From an uncultured delta proteobacterium (GTDB taxonomy: Bacteria > Desulfobacterota > Binatia > UBA9968): a stretch of 64,000 nucleotides of DNA. The notes beneath the pieces were generated by a model. The model did no database searches, had not been told where the DNA came from, and was given only the letters and a program-made list of their open reading frames with translations. The translations under genes and the position numbers were made by a program. The stretch spans positions 288,001 through 352,000 of the forward strand of contig CAVXEP010000012.1 in NCBI GenBank assembly GCA_963760795.1. The letters run 5' to 3'. This document shows positions 51,635 to 61,840 of this stretch, in pieces (the stretch's first letter is position 1; the number at the start of each line of letters is the position of its first letter).

Positions 51635-54178
51635 TCATGATTTATCCGATGATTTGGCGACGGGTGCGGCGAGATCCATGCTCGCATCGGGCGCCTGATC
51701 GCGCACCAGCCGCACCTCACGTTGGGGAAAGGGAAAGGATAATCCAGCGGCGATCACCGCGTCGTACACGGCCGTCGCCAAATCGCTTCTGATGGGTGTT
51801 GGCGGACGGGATTGATCCGTCCACACCCGCAACTCGAAATTGATCGAGCTGTCACCGTAACTCAAGAAAACTGCCTCCGGCGCCGGATGCTTGAGGACCT
51901 GCGGATGCGCCGCCGCCACGCCTACGAGTAGATCGACCACCTTCTTGGGGTTGGCGCCGTAGTTCACTCCTACCGGAAGATCGACGCGCCGCAGCTTGTC
52001 ACTCAGCGTCCAGTTGGTCACTTTCTCGGTGACCATCTGCGAATTGGGCACGATAATGTCGGCCCCCTGCAGCGTGTGCAAGACGCTCGCGCGTATACCG
52101 ATGCGGCGAACTACGCCCTGAAGAGTGCCGACCTCGACTGTATCGCCGACATGGATCGGCCGTTCGAATAGCAAAATAAGACCGGAGACAAAATTATTGA
52201 CGACACTCTGCAGCCCAAAACCGATGCCGACGCTGAAGGCGCCGGCCAGAAGGCTTACCTTGGAAAAATCCACCCCGAGCACACCTAGTGCCGCGACGAA
52301 TCCGAGGGCGAGAATAATGTAATTGAGCAAGCTGGAAGTGGCGTAGGACATACCCGGGGCGAGATCGATTCTCGGGTAGACATCTTCCTGTAAAACGAAG
52401 CGCAGAAAGCGTGACAACAAGTACGCCAGCCAAACGGTCAGAACAAATTCTAGGACATTGCCGATGGAGATGGAAAGCGAGCGGCGCTCTAGCTTGGTTG
52501 CAAGCAGGGCCTCCGCCAAAGACCACGCGGGATCGAGAAGACCGAGATAGCTCAGGTAGCGGATCAACCAGCCCCCGACCATCATCCAAATGAGCAGCCG
52601 ATAAATCCGTCTTTCCAGAAGTTCTCGATGGTGCGCAACCATCTGTAGCGAAGACAACGGCCACACACGCAACGCCAGGGCGAGCAAGCCGGCGCAAACT
52701 TGAAGAGACGCAAAGAATATCAATGCCAGGACGCCCCCAACAAAAATACCCGGGGTCAATAGCCGCGCCAGGCGCGTATAGCCTGCCACCGCCGCCAATA
52801 GCCCGACAAGGAGAACGATGTTGAGAAGAAATCGAGCTAACTTCAGGTCGATCAGACCGGAAGAGTCCGCTCTCGCAGCAATGATCTCCCGATAGTGGCG
52901 GCGCATCGAGTACAGCACGATGATCGCGGCGAGGGTTTCGGCGACCAGAATCGCCTGACCGATCACTTGTATGCCCGCAAAGGTCTGGCGTAGGGCATCG
53001 ACGGCAAACAGAAAACAGCACATGTAGAGCGCGAACGCGACCGCGGCACTGATCATTGGCCGCGCCAGGCGGAGCATCGGCGCCAGCGCTACGACTGTCA
53101 GCAATTGTCGCACGACGGTGGGCAACTGAAAAAATAAAGGCGCGGTCACAAAAACCAGAGTCGTGGCCAACGCCGCTGCGTAGGGGCGCTCGAAGACCAA
53201 GATCGCCGACGATGCACCCACGCCGGACTTTTCCCACACCGCGATCGTGCGCCGCGCCGCCGAGAACACCAAGGCTAAGAAAAGGAAGATAGCGGGATGG
53301 AGAGCCCCGCCCTGACGCGGATCGCGGATGTATTCGGCAACATCTGTCCAATATGCGCCGGCAATCTTGCCGACATGCTCGGGCAGCGCGGCGACCGCAT
53401 CGGACCATAAATCGATCGTCCAGATCGGCGGCGCGTCGCGCGAGAGGATACCGGCGACGGCTTTCTGCTGAAAATCGGCAATTCGCTGCAGCGCTGTCCC
53501 ACATCTCGTCGTTTCCGCCGCCACCCGGCTTTGCAGATCTAAGATGTTGGCACGCTGCGCCTGCAAAGGCACCTGGGCATCGACAATAACTGTGAGCGTT
53601 GCATCCATCTGCTGCAGAATCGGACCGGGGGCCTTTGCCGCTTGCGCCGACGCGCGACTACTACTCCAAAGTTTTTCCAATTCAGCGAGTCGATTCAACG
53701 AATCCTGTAGCTTGGTGGCTTCCAGCGTCAGCGCGTTCAGCCATCCGGTCACCTGCAATTGCGTGGCCTGCCATAGCTGTTGCTCGTTCTGCAATGTCTC
53801 GAGGGTAGGCTCCGCTTCCAGGGCCTTTGTCGTGGCGGCGAATTGCGCGTCCAACTTCTCGCTCAATTCAGGAAGCGTCTTGGCGATGTTTTCGATTTGC
53901 GCGCTGGGCTTTGCGCCCGCTGTCAGATTACCGATTAGGTTGGATACTGCGGTGGCCCATGTGGCAATATCGGCGAGCGGGATCGTAGCCGGCGCTGCCG
54001 CTGCCGCGGGCGTCGGTGGGGCCGGTGGTTGTGCTGTCTCCGTTTTCTTTTGTTCCGCCGCCTCGACTAAAATTGCCGGCAGCGAACAGGCAACGAGCCC
54101 GGCGATAAGTGAAGCGCAGAGCAACGATCGCACCGATCCGCGAGATCTTTTGACGAATGTGAGATCTTCCTGGTTCAT
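51635..54178 (-). CDS. MscS-family mechanosensitive channel with large periplasmic/TM N-terminus (MscK-like)
   Basis: GIGFGLQSVVNNFVSGLILLFERPIHVGD, IIVPNS, FPFPQREV. Confidence 0.92.
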   Translation of the reverse strand: MNQEDLTFVKRSRGSVRSLLCASLIAGLVACSLPAILVEAAEQKKTETAQPPAPPTPAAAAAPATIPLADIATWATAVSNLIGNLTAGAKPSAQIENIAKTLPELSEKLDAQFAATTKALEAEPTLETLQNEQQLWQATQLQVTGWLNALTLEATKLQDSLNRLAELEKLWSSSRASAQAAKAPGPILQQMDATLTVIVDAQVPLQAQRANILDLQSRVAAETTRCGTALQRIADFQQKAVAGILSRDAPPIWTIDLWSDAVAALPEHVGKIAGAYWTDVAEYIRDPRQGGALHPAIFLFLALVFSAARRTIAVWEKSGVGASSAILVFERPYAAALATTLVFVTAPLFFQLPTVVRQLLTVVALAPMLRLARPMISAAVAFALYMCCFLFAVDALRQTFAGIQVIGQAILVAETLAAIIVLYSMRRHYREIIAARADSSGLIDLKLARFLLNIVLLVGLLAAVAGYTRLARLLTPGIFVGGVLALIFFASLQVCAGLLALALRVWPLSSLQMVAHHRELLERRIYRLLIWMMVGGWLIRYLSYLGLLDPAWSLAEALLATKLERRSLSISIGNVLEFVLTVWLAYLLSRFLRFVLQEDVYPRIDLAPGMSYATSSLLNYIILALGFVAALGVLGVDFSKVSLLAGAFSVGIGFGLQSVVNNFVSGLILLFERPIHVGDTVEVGTLQGVVRRIGIRASVLHTLQGADIIVPNSQMVTEKVTNWTLSDKLRRVDLPVGVNYGANPKKVVDLLVGVAAAHPQVLKHPAPEAVFLSYGDSSINFELRVWTDQSRPPTPIRSDLATAVYDAVIAAGLSFPFPQREVRLVRDQAPDASMDLAAPVAKSSDKS

Positions 54179-55875
54179 GGCGAGGTGGATTGCGGCGGCG
54201 GCTTCTCGAACGCGGCCACGGCATCCGGGAGCTGACTGAAGAGTTTACTAACGTCGACCTTTTGACTTGTCACGGTGGCCAGCGTTTCACGCAAGGGCAG
54301 GTGCGCTTTCGCCACAACGACCTCGATACCGCGGGCGCGCAGCTGCGCCACATACTCGCGCACCTGCTCAGCGGCGGTGATGTCGATGCTCGGAATAGCG
54401 CGGGCGTCGAGTATCACCTGCCGTACCGGATGCTGCTCCTGCGCGATAAAATGCTCGAGGCGCTCGATGAAGAAGCGCACGTTCGCAAAGATTAGCGGGC
54501 CATAGAAACGATACACCACCAGCCCGGGAATCGTATCCGCCGCATCGTCATCACCGACATCGTGCATCGTGGCCGAGCCCTGCTGGCGCCCGAGCAGCGC
54601 GTCCTGCGGACGGACGATCTCCGCCAGCACGCCGAGCAGCGAAAGTACGACGCCGAAGAGGATACCCGGGAGCACGCCCAGCGCGAGAACGCCAAAGGTG
54701 GTCGACGCCGCGACGATCATGCTGAAACCGTGCAATCGCCACAGATGCTGATACACTCGCGGATCGACCAGCGTCACGCCGGTAAAAACGAGGATGGCCG
54801 CGATGGCCACGGATGGAATCGTCGCGATCCACGGCGCGAGCAGGAAGACGAACGCCGCCACCAGCGCTGCGCCGAGGAAGCTGACCATCTGCGTGCGCCC
54901 GCCGGTGCCGTCGTTGAGCAGCGAGCGGGTCTGACTGGAGCCGACTGCAAAGCTGCACACCAAGCCCGCGGCGGCATTGGCCGCGCCAAACGCGATCAAT
55001 TCGCGGTCGGGATTGATCTGGTAGCCATGCTTGGTTGCAACGGAACGTCCGAGCACCACGCCTTCGGAAAATACCAGCAGGGCAATGCCGATGGCCGCGG
55101 TGAACAGCGGGGTCGCATCCGTGATGTGCAAGTGGGGCCGCACCGCGTCGGGCAGGTGCAGGTCCACCGTGCCGATCACCGGCACGCCGAGCGCGGAAAA
55201 ATCCACGAGCCGTCCTGCGATCATTGCCAGCACGAAAACAGCGACCGCCCCAGGTACTTTCGGAACTTTCCATCGGCACAGCGCCAGCACTGCGATGCAC
55301 GCGAGACCGACGAGCAGCGTTCGCGCGTGCGTTTCGTCGAGCCGCGTTGCCCATTCCCACAGGCGCAACAGCGTGTTGTCCTCCTCCAGTCGAATGCCGG
55401 AGAATTTTCCGATTTGGCTGCCGACGATGACGACCGCAGCGCCGTTCATGAAACCGAGCATCGCCGGACTGGAGAGGAAATCCGCTGCGATGCCGAGCCG
55501 CAATCGCGCCATGAGGAACAGCACGCCGGCTGTGAGAAATGCTAGCACCGCCGCTAGCGTAGCGGCTTTGCCCGCGTCCGCCGCTGCGAGCGGGCCGATG
55601 GCCGCGCCGACGAGCAGCGCAATCGCCGCGTCTGGACCCACGATGAGGTGACGCGAACTCGTGAACAGCGCGAACACCACCATTCCCGCCACCGCCGCAT
55701 AGAAGCCCGCGGCCGGCGCACATTTCGCGAGTTCCGCATACGCGAAGGCCGACGGAATCGTCACCAGGGCGACGACGAGTGCCGCGAGCGCATCGTGCCG
55801 AAAATGCGCACGCTCGTAAGCCCAGAGCAGTGCCGCGCCCGGCAGCCACCTACCAAGTCGTTCGCCTGCCGTCAT
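54175..55875 (-). CDS. SulP family anion transporter with STAS domain
   Basis: IPSAFAYA, VGPDAA, DRELIAFGAAN, YRFYGPLIFAN; stop overlaps the mscS start. Confidence 0.92.
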   Translation of the reverse strand: MTAGERLGRWLPGAALLWAYERAHFRHDALAALVVALVTIPSAFAYAELAKCAPAAGFYAAVAGMVVFALFTSSRHLIVGPDAAIALLVGAAIGPLAAADAGKAATLAAVLAFLTAGVLFLMARLRLGIAADFLSSPAMLGFMNGAAVVIVGSQIGKFSGIRLEEDNTLLRLWEWATRLDETHARTLLVGLACIAVLALCRWKVPKVPGAVAVFVLAMIAGRLVDFSALGVPVIGTVDLHLPDAVRPHLHITDATPLFTAAIGIALLVFSEGVVLGRSVATKHGYQINPDRELIAFGAANAAAGLVCSFAVGSSQTRSLLNDGTGGRTQMVSFLGAALVAAFVFLLAPWIATIPSVAIAAILVFTGVTLVDPRVYQHLWRLHGFSMIVAASTTFGVLALGVLPGILFGVVLSLLGVLAEIVRPQDALLGRQQGSATMHDVGDDDAADTIPGLVVYRFYGPLIFANVRFFIERLEHFIAQEQHPVRQVILDARAIPSIDITAAEQVREYVAQLRARGIEVVVAKAHLPLRETLATVTSQKVDVSKLFSQLPDAVAAFEKPPPQSTSP

Positions 55876-56189
55876 GACGTGATGTTTTCATTAAACTGGG
55901 CTCAATTCTAGTAAATCGTACACATGCTTATTGCAGGGCTGTCTTTGCCTGAGCGGTATAACTATTAGTGAGCCGCCGTTAGCTGCCACAAAAGCGGATC
56001 GGCTTAGTCCGGCGACGGCTTACACAATAAAGTCCAAATCGATTGCAATATTCATTAGCTATCTCACCTTAACAAGGTAAAGTTTCCCGCCAACCCCTGC
56101 CGAGCCCGGCGGGTTATCTCGCTGTCGATTCGGCGAATCCTGCCGGCGCTTTCGGGCTGAAGTTGATGCCGATCGCGGCCTAAGCTTTG

Positions 56190-56570
56190 CGCGTTCTTTG
56201 AGCTTTAGATTGATCCAGATATCGACAAATTTTGCGAAGTCGGGGTCCGGTGCGAGGGGATAAGCGAGCGGCACTTTGATGGGGCGAGGCATAGGCACGA
56301 CCACCGCAAGTTCGGGGTGTAGCAATGTCCACGCAGAGCCCTGCTCAGCCGTCAGCACCAGCGCGTCGAGCTTTTTGCCTTCGGGTCCGAACATAGCCGC
56401 TATGGAATTTAGCGGCACGACTTCAGCAGCAGGAAGTTCGGTTTTAACTTTGTCGAGGTAGTACGGCACATTGGGCACGCCTATACGCAGCCGGCCTAGC
56501 TGGCGCACGCTTCCCCAATTGGCAAACTGATCGCGCCGGTAATCGGCAACGACGAAAGCGAGAGTCTCAA
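56190..56570 (-). pseudogene. Fragment of an amino-acid substrate-binding domain (type seen C-terminal to DAACS fusions)
   Basis: ETLAFVVADYRRDQF...AEQGSAWTLLHP...VPLAYPL...FVDIWINLK, lacking the N-terminus and a normal C-terminus. Confidence 0.6.
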
Positions 56571-56659
56571 AGCATGGCGAGCACAGGCCAAAAAATCGAA
56601 ATTAAAATATTCCGCGGGAGCTGCCTGATAGGCCGCTACCAAAAGCATGCTAAAGCGAA

Positions 56660-57271
56660 CTACTTGTCACCCACCCGTCGACCTTCGGTCACTTTGCGAG
56701 TTTCGGCGACCTTGTGCCAGCTGTCCCAGTCCACCAGCAGCATGGCATCGGCTCCAGAAACCAGGTTAAGCTGTGTACCCTTGAAGATAAAAACTTTTCC
56801 GGGAACCTCCGTGACTCTCTTAAAGCTCTTGCCGCCTTCGACCTCGCTGGCAATATAGTACCGACTGTCGTTTACGTTCGGGTCCGCGACAAAAGGAACT
56901 TCAGCACCGCCCTCTCTAAAGTTCACTTTAATCCAATTCGGGCCTGCTGCCGTGACCACACCAGGAGTCAACATCGGTACTACGAACGACTGCGTTGCCG
57001 TGGGGTCTTTAACTTGGGCGACAACCTGCGTCGAGACATAGAATTGCACCTTTTTGAGATCGTCTTCGCTCAGGCTGAGAGCCTGCCGATGGGTGTAATT
57101 TTGAAAAGGAAGTGTCGTCGGGCCCGACGCGCAGCCGACAAGAAAAAAGAAGAGAGACACTGCCAGGCAGCCTTGAAGGTTTTGCCAGTGGTTCGAGCAT
57201 GTCCGAGAATCCACGAACACAGATGCCAGTTGCGGGGTCGATCGCATGCCGCGTTTTTTTTGGACTTCCAT
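56660..57271 (-). CDS. Hypothetical lipoprotein
   Basis: Lipobox LVGC preceded by a hydrophobic run; the start may be mis-set. Confidence 0.6.
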   Translation of the reverse strand: MEVQKKRGMRSTPQLASVFVDSRTCSNHWQNLQGCLAVSLFFFLVGCASGPTTLPFQNYTHRQALSLSEDDLKKVQFYVSTQVVAQVKDPTATQSFVVPMLTPGVVTAAGPNWIKVNFREGGAEVPFVADPNVNDSRYYIASEVEGGKSFKRVTEVPGKVFIFKGTQLNLVSGADAMLLVDWDSWHKVAETRKVTEGRRVGDK

Positions 57272-57352
57272 TGATACAACTCCTTTGTGCCGACATTGAA
57301 ACGCTTCCTCGGTCTGCGAGGCCAGTGGACATTGCCTGCCATCACCAACATT

Positions 57353-58219
57353 TTATTCGGGTAACCCGTTGAGCAGATACATGGACAGAATCGCCGCGCT
57401 GGGTTTGCCGAAGGCGCCAAACCACCGGTCGTAAATTGGCACAATGTTGCCCGAGCGGTAGATCTCAGCCAATGTCCGGTTTACCGCCAGCCTGAACGCC
57501 GCGTCGTTGCGCCGCACCATGAATCCGTAAGGCTCATACGAAAACAGGATGCCCGGCAGCGCAAAACGCGACGGATCTTTCGAGGTAACCGCTAGTCCGA
57601 CTAAGATACCGCGATCCGAGGCGAATGCATCCGCTGAACCCTTTTCGATCGCCGCGACCCCTTCCACGTGATTTTTCACGGGAACGATTTTGACCGCAAC
57701 GAATTCCTCCTTGAGATATTTATCCAACGCGGTCTGCGTCGTGGTCCCTGGAATGACGGCGATACGTTTATCGGCGAGATCGGCCACCGCGCCAAGCTTC
57801 AAGCTGGACGAAGTCAACAGGCCGCCGCCGTCGACGAACGTCATTAAACTGAAATCGACTTTTTCCTGGCGCGAAAGACTGGCGGTGCTCGTGCCGCACT
57901 CGATATCCACCTTGCCCGATGCCACCATTTCAAGTCGATTCGCGGTCGTGACCGGAACCCAATTGAGTTTCAGACTGACCCCGAGTTGCTTTTGGATGGC
58001 ACTGGCGATCTGCGTGCAGAGATCGATGGAATAACCCACCGGCCGCCGATCCGGTCCTGGAAAGGAAAATGGCGGCGCCGACTCAAGGTAACCTAAGGTA
58101 AATGTTTCGGCCGTTTTGATCTTCTTGAGCGTCCCGTCCAATTCCTGACCGGGCGCCGCACCGACCATCATCATGGCCGACACAATTAGAGTCGCGCCGA
58201 TTATCTTGATATTCGTCAT
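57353..58219 (-). CDS. Polar amino-acid substrate-binding protein (GltI-like)
   Basis: GTLKKIK, PPFSF, GYSIDLC, VDIECG...R, EPYGFMVRRND. Confidence 0.9.
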   Translation of the reverse strand: MTNIKIIGATLIVSAMMMVGAAPGQELDGTLKKIKTAETFTLGYLESAPPFSFPGPDRRPVGYSIDLCTQIASAIQKQLGVSLKLNWVPVTTANRLEMVASGKVDIECGTSTASLSRQEKVDFSLMTFVDGGGLLTSSSLKLGAVADLADKRIAVIPGTTTQTALDKYLKEEFVAVKIVPVKNHVEGVAAIEKGSADAFASDRGILVGLAVTSKDPSRFALPGILFSYEPYGFMVRRNDAAFRLAVNRTLAEIYRSGNIVPIYDRWFGAFGKPSAAILSMYLLNGLPE

Positions 58220-58394
58220 CTGCTTCTCCTTAAACTAAAAGTGAAATTGAGACATTGAAACGTCCCGCCATAACTTTAAACGCAAAATCAAATATGAAAC
58301 AACTCAAGATCTCGAATCCGGCCCGGAAACTGGTTCCCTGGCCCTGGTAAACAGAATTGAAATCAATATAGGCCGAAGTCGGAGGCCGCGTATA

Positions 58395-58410
58395 TTAGAC
58401 TTTGGTCCAA
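58395..58410. promoter_or_regulatory. Operator TTAGAC-TTTG-GTCCAA upstream of the SBP gene
   Basis: One mismatch from a perfect palindrome; ~175 bp before the start. Confidence 0.72.
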
Positions 58411-58535
58411 TGTGGAAAAATAAATTAAATCTCTGCTGCTGTCCGGGATCAAATCAAAACATCAGCTCCCTTAGTTCTTTGCTCTCTGCGCCGGGCATTT
58501 TCACTCGACACTCGACACCCGACACTCCTGCGCGC

Positions 58536-59126
58536 CTACTGCCCCGATCGATCAAGCGCGCTTATTGCGGCAGCGATGTCCTGGCTCAAGCGCGCGAGCG
58601 CGCGGCTGTGGGCGGCGGCGAGCGCATCGTAGCTTTTCACTGGCACGGTTTCGCGCGCGGTGGTGCGTCCTGGTTCGGTCTTGCCGTCCTTGGTCCGGCG
58701 CACGGTCCAGACCGCGTCGACAATTGCTGCCTCGCCCGGCGCCGACTGAAAGCTTTGCACCTCGATGGCGACGCGATAATCGGTGTCCGCGCTCAACGAC
58801 TGCGCCGCCAAGGTCACGCGCGGCGTGCCCAGCATCAGCACGAGATTATCGGCGATCACGCGGGCGATATTATTTTGCAGCGGCGCCGCCCAGCGGTTGA
58901 ACTCTTCCAGTCGCACTTGATTCGGGCCGATGTCGACAACGATCTGCGGCCGATCGACCACGGCGGGCACGGACACCGGACCCACCGCTACCGATAGTTT
59001 GGCTGGCGTCGCAGCAGGCCCGTTCGTAGCGCTTAGGGTATAAAAGCGCGACGGCGGCGTGGACCCGCAGCCGGTCGCGAGAGCGGCGAGGGCGCAGACA
59101 GAAGCAAGAGCGGTGCGGTGGCGCAT
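58536..59126 (-). CDS. pqiC: PqiC family lipoprotein
   Basis: ATGC lipobox, RFYTL, VDRPQIV, RWAAPL; follows pqiB. Confidence 0.88.
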   Translation of the reverse strand: MRHRTALASVCALAALATGCGSTPPSRFYTLSATNGPAATPAKLSVAVGPVSVPAVVDRPQIVVDIGPNQVRLEEFNRWAAPLQNNIARVIADNLVLMLGTPRVTLAAQSLSADTDYRVAIEVQSFQSAPGEAAIVDAVWTVRRTKDGKTEPGRTTARETVPVKSYDALAAAHSRALARLSQDIAAAISALDRSGQ

Positions 59127-59181
59127 TGGATTCTTACCTTTCAAATGTTTCAAGTGAACGACTTCACCAGGGATCCTTATC

Positions 59182-59335
59182 TAGCCGGTTGCTGAAAAAC
59201 CTAGATTGCAGACTGCTCAAAAAGATCTCAGAGGCGAGGCGCGCGAAATTTCGACGTGCGCAGGCGTACGCCTGTACGTTGGAGCGAGGCGATTGAGCGC
59301 AACGAAGCATATGAGTCTTTTTCAGCAGCCTGTTA
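59182..59335. mobile_element. MITE-like element, copy 2
   Basis: TAGCCGGTTGCTGAAAAA...TTTTTCAGCAGCCTGTTA; interior matches 26852-27008. Confidence 0.8.
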
Positions 59336-61006
59336 GGGCTTCTCCTCGCTCTTGCCCCGCAGCAGCGCTTCGGGATGTTGCTCTAGATAGTCGGTCAATA
59401 TGCGCAACGATCGGGCGGCGCGGGCCATCTCCTGCAGGGCGTCGCGCAAATCCTGCTGAGCCGGCGCATTAGGACCTACGAGTGTGGCATCCGCGTTTTT
59501 GAGTACGCCGTCGGCGCCGGAAAGTGTGCGGCGCAATTCCTCGATGGTAGTTCTCAAACCGGGGGTGACTTCTGCGTCAATACGGTTCACTGCCTTGTCG
59601 GCCGATTTCAGCGTTTGATCGAGAGAGGCGAGCGCTTTGGTGAGATCGGTGCCAATCGCTTCGTAAGGCAAATTGTCGAGCTTGGCGAGAATGCCGGTCA
59701 CCTTTTGCTCGAGATCCGTGATTGCTCCCGGCATCACCGGGAGCTCCACAGGGTCCCGGCTCCAGTCAATTTTCGCTTTGGGCGCGTTCGGAAAGAAATC
59801 GAAGGCGACAAACAGCTGGCCGGTGAGCAGGTTGCCGCTGCGCAGCTGGGCGCGCAGCCCGCGCTGCTCGACCAAGCGCCGCATGATCGCCTGGCGCTCC
59901 AGTGCGTTGCCCTGGAGCATTTTGCCGATGTCCGCTTTATTTGGGCCCAAGCGCGCGACCAGACGCTCGGGATAAGACACCACCTCGACCCGCGCTCGAG
60001 TGTTCATCGTCGCCGGGTCTATGGCGAGGCCGACATCGGTAACCTCGCCCGCCGGCAACCCGAGCAGGGTGACGGGCGCGCCCACGGACAACCCGCGCAG
60101 CGATTCGCTGAAATGGAGCACATAGCGCGTTGAGATGGACTCCGGCTGCTTCATTGCGGTGGTTTGGTCGGCGTAGAGCGTGAAGACCGTGTTCGCGGCG
60201 GCGGGCTCCGTGTTGGCAGCAAATGATGGCGTATTGAACGCGAGACCGCCGGCGAGCACCGCGATGAGAGATTGCGTGCGCACTTCCACTCCGCCCGCGC
60301 CGATTGACGCATCGATGCCGCTCGCGTTCCAGAAGCGGGTGCCGGGATTGACGTATTTGTCGTAGGGCGCGTTGACGAAAATCTTGATCTCGATTTCCTT
60401 GCCGTCGGCTGCGAGGCCATAGGCGACGACCTGCCCCGCCAGCAGCCGGTGGTAATAAATCGGCGAGCCGATTCCTAGCGAGCCGAGGCTATTGGCCTTG
60501 AGAACGAACTGCCGGCCCGCTTGACCGCCGGTGATGATCGGCGGCACATCGAGCCCGGTGTATTGGCGTTGCGCCTTGTCGGACTTGCCGAGCTCGAAAC
60601 CGATGTAGTTGCCCGAGAGCAGGGTGCCTAGGCCTGATACTCCGCTCAGCGTGACCCGCGGCTCGACGACCCAAAACTTGGCATCCTCGACCATCAGCCC
60701 CGCCGCGCTTTTATCGATCTTCGCCGTCACTTCTACCTTCGTGTGGTCGGCGGAGAGCTTCACCGCCGTCACCTGGCCGATGTTTACGTCCTTATACTTG
60801 ATGAAAGTCTTGCCGGCCTCTAACCCCTCTGCGGTTTTGAAGACGATGTTGATGGTCGGGCCCTCGCTCATGATGCGCTGGATGGCAATACCAGCAGCCA
60901 CCACTGCGGCGAGGATCGGGATGATCCAGACGATCGAAATCCGCGTGCCTCGCTTGCGCACGACGGTGGCCTGCGGCAAGTCGTCGCGATCGATGCTCTC
61001 AGCCAT
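59333..61006 (-). CDS. pqiB: PqiB (three MCE/MlaD domains)
   Basis: VWIIPI, AEGLEAGKT, FWVVEPR, TRFWNASG, GLRAQLRSGNLLTG, LTDYLEQHPEALLRG. Confidence 0.93.
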   Translation of the reverse strand: MAESIDRDDLPQATVVRKRGTRISIVWIIPILAAVVAAGIAIQRIMSEGPTINIVFKTAEGLEAGKTFIKYKDVNIGQVTAVKLSADHTKVEVTAKIDKSAAGLMVEDAKFWVVEPRVTLSGVSGLGTLLSGNYIGFELGKSDKAQRQYTGLDVPPIITGGQAGRQFVLKANSLGSLGIGSPIYYHRLLAGQVVAYGLAADGKEIEIKIFVNAPYDKYVNPGTRFWNASGIDASIGAGGVEVRTQSLIAVLAGGLAFNTPSFAANTEPAAANTVFTLYADQTTAMKQPESISTRYVLHFSESLRGLSVGAPVTLLGLPAGEVTDVGLAIDPATMNTRARVEVVSYPERLVARLGPNKADIGKMLQGNALERQAIMRRLVEQRGLRAQLRSGNLLTGQLFVAFDFFPNAPKAKIDWSRDPVELPVMPGAITDLEQKVTGILAKLDNLPYEAIGTDLTKALASLDQTLKSADKAVNRIDAEVTPGLRTTIEELRRTLSGADGVLKNADATLVGPNAPAQQDLRDALQEMARAARSLRILTDYLEQHPEALLRGKSEEKP

Positions 61007-61640
61007 GCAGCCCCTCCCTGTTTCCAAGCGAATCCCAAATCAAGCGCGGGTCGAAGGACTCCGCCGCAATCATCGTCAACACCACCACCGCCGCAAAAAA
61101 CAGCACCCCGGCACCGGGCTCGACAAACATCAGCGGCTGGAGCTGTACAAGAGCAACGGTAAAAGTGACGACGAACACATCGAGCATCGACCAGCGGCCG
61201 ATGAACTCGACCATTCGGTACAGCCGGGTGCGCTCACGGCTGCCGAGCTGCGAGCCGCGCTGCACCGTAATCAACAGATAGGCGAGCGCCACCAGCTTGC
61301 CGAACGGGATTATTATGCTGGCGATCAACACGATCAGCGCCAGCGGCCACGATCCCGAAGTGTAAAGAAACACCACACCTCCCATGATATTTTCGGCATC
61401 GACGGAACCGAGCTTTGTCGAGCTCATTACCGGCAGGACGTTGGCTGGAATAAAACAGATTGCCGCGGCGATGAGCAGCGCCCAGGTGTATTGAATGGAA
61501 TGGTGGTGGCGCCACTCGAGGTTGTCGCCACAGCGCGGACAGTAGCCCGGCTCGGCCGGATCGGCCGGCCGCAACAGCAAGCCGCAGGTTTCGCAGGAAA
61601 CCAGTCCCGCCTGGGCTGCAGTGAGTGGGGTGGTGCTCAT
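60999..61640 (-). CDS. pqiA: PqiA family protein (C-terminal-half type)
   Basis: CETC...CPRC, IPANVLP, GRWSMLDVFVV, FDPRLIWD. Confidence 0.92.
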   Translation of the reverse strand: MSTTPLTAAQAGLVSCETCGLLLRPADPAEPGYCPRCGDNLEWRHHHSIQYTWALLIAAAICFIPANVLPVMSSTKLGSVDAENIMGGVVFLYTSGSWPLALIVLIASIIIPFGKLVALAYLLITVQRGSQLGSRERTRLYRMVEFIGRWSMLDVFVVTFTVALVQLQPLMFVEPGAGVLFFAAVVVLTMIAAESFDPRLIWDSLGNREGLHG

Positions 61641-61781
61641 AATTTTCCGTGCGTAATCGTTTTCGCAGCTTGCGCAACGCCTCGAGGGCGCGATCAGTCG
61701 CGGCCCGACAAATCAATGTCATTTCCGCCTCGTGCGTTTTGCCGTGAATTCTCCGGTTCCGATTCTCCTTCCGACAACGAT

Positions 61782-61814
61782 TTGAACGGCTTGAACGGTT
61801 TGAACGACTGGAAC
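61782..61814. repeat. Nonamer tandem repeat (TTGAACGNN)
   Basis: TTGAACGGC TTGAACGGT TTGAACGAC TGGAAC between the two pqiA genes. Confidence 0.8.
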
Positions 61815-61840
61815 TCTATTTTGGTTGCGCCGCCGCCGCG

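Noticed and set aside
56078-56120. GC hairpin resembling an IS200/IS605-type end near the SBP remnant
   Set aside because: Single short imperfect copy with no tnpA/tnpB nearby.
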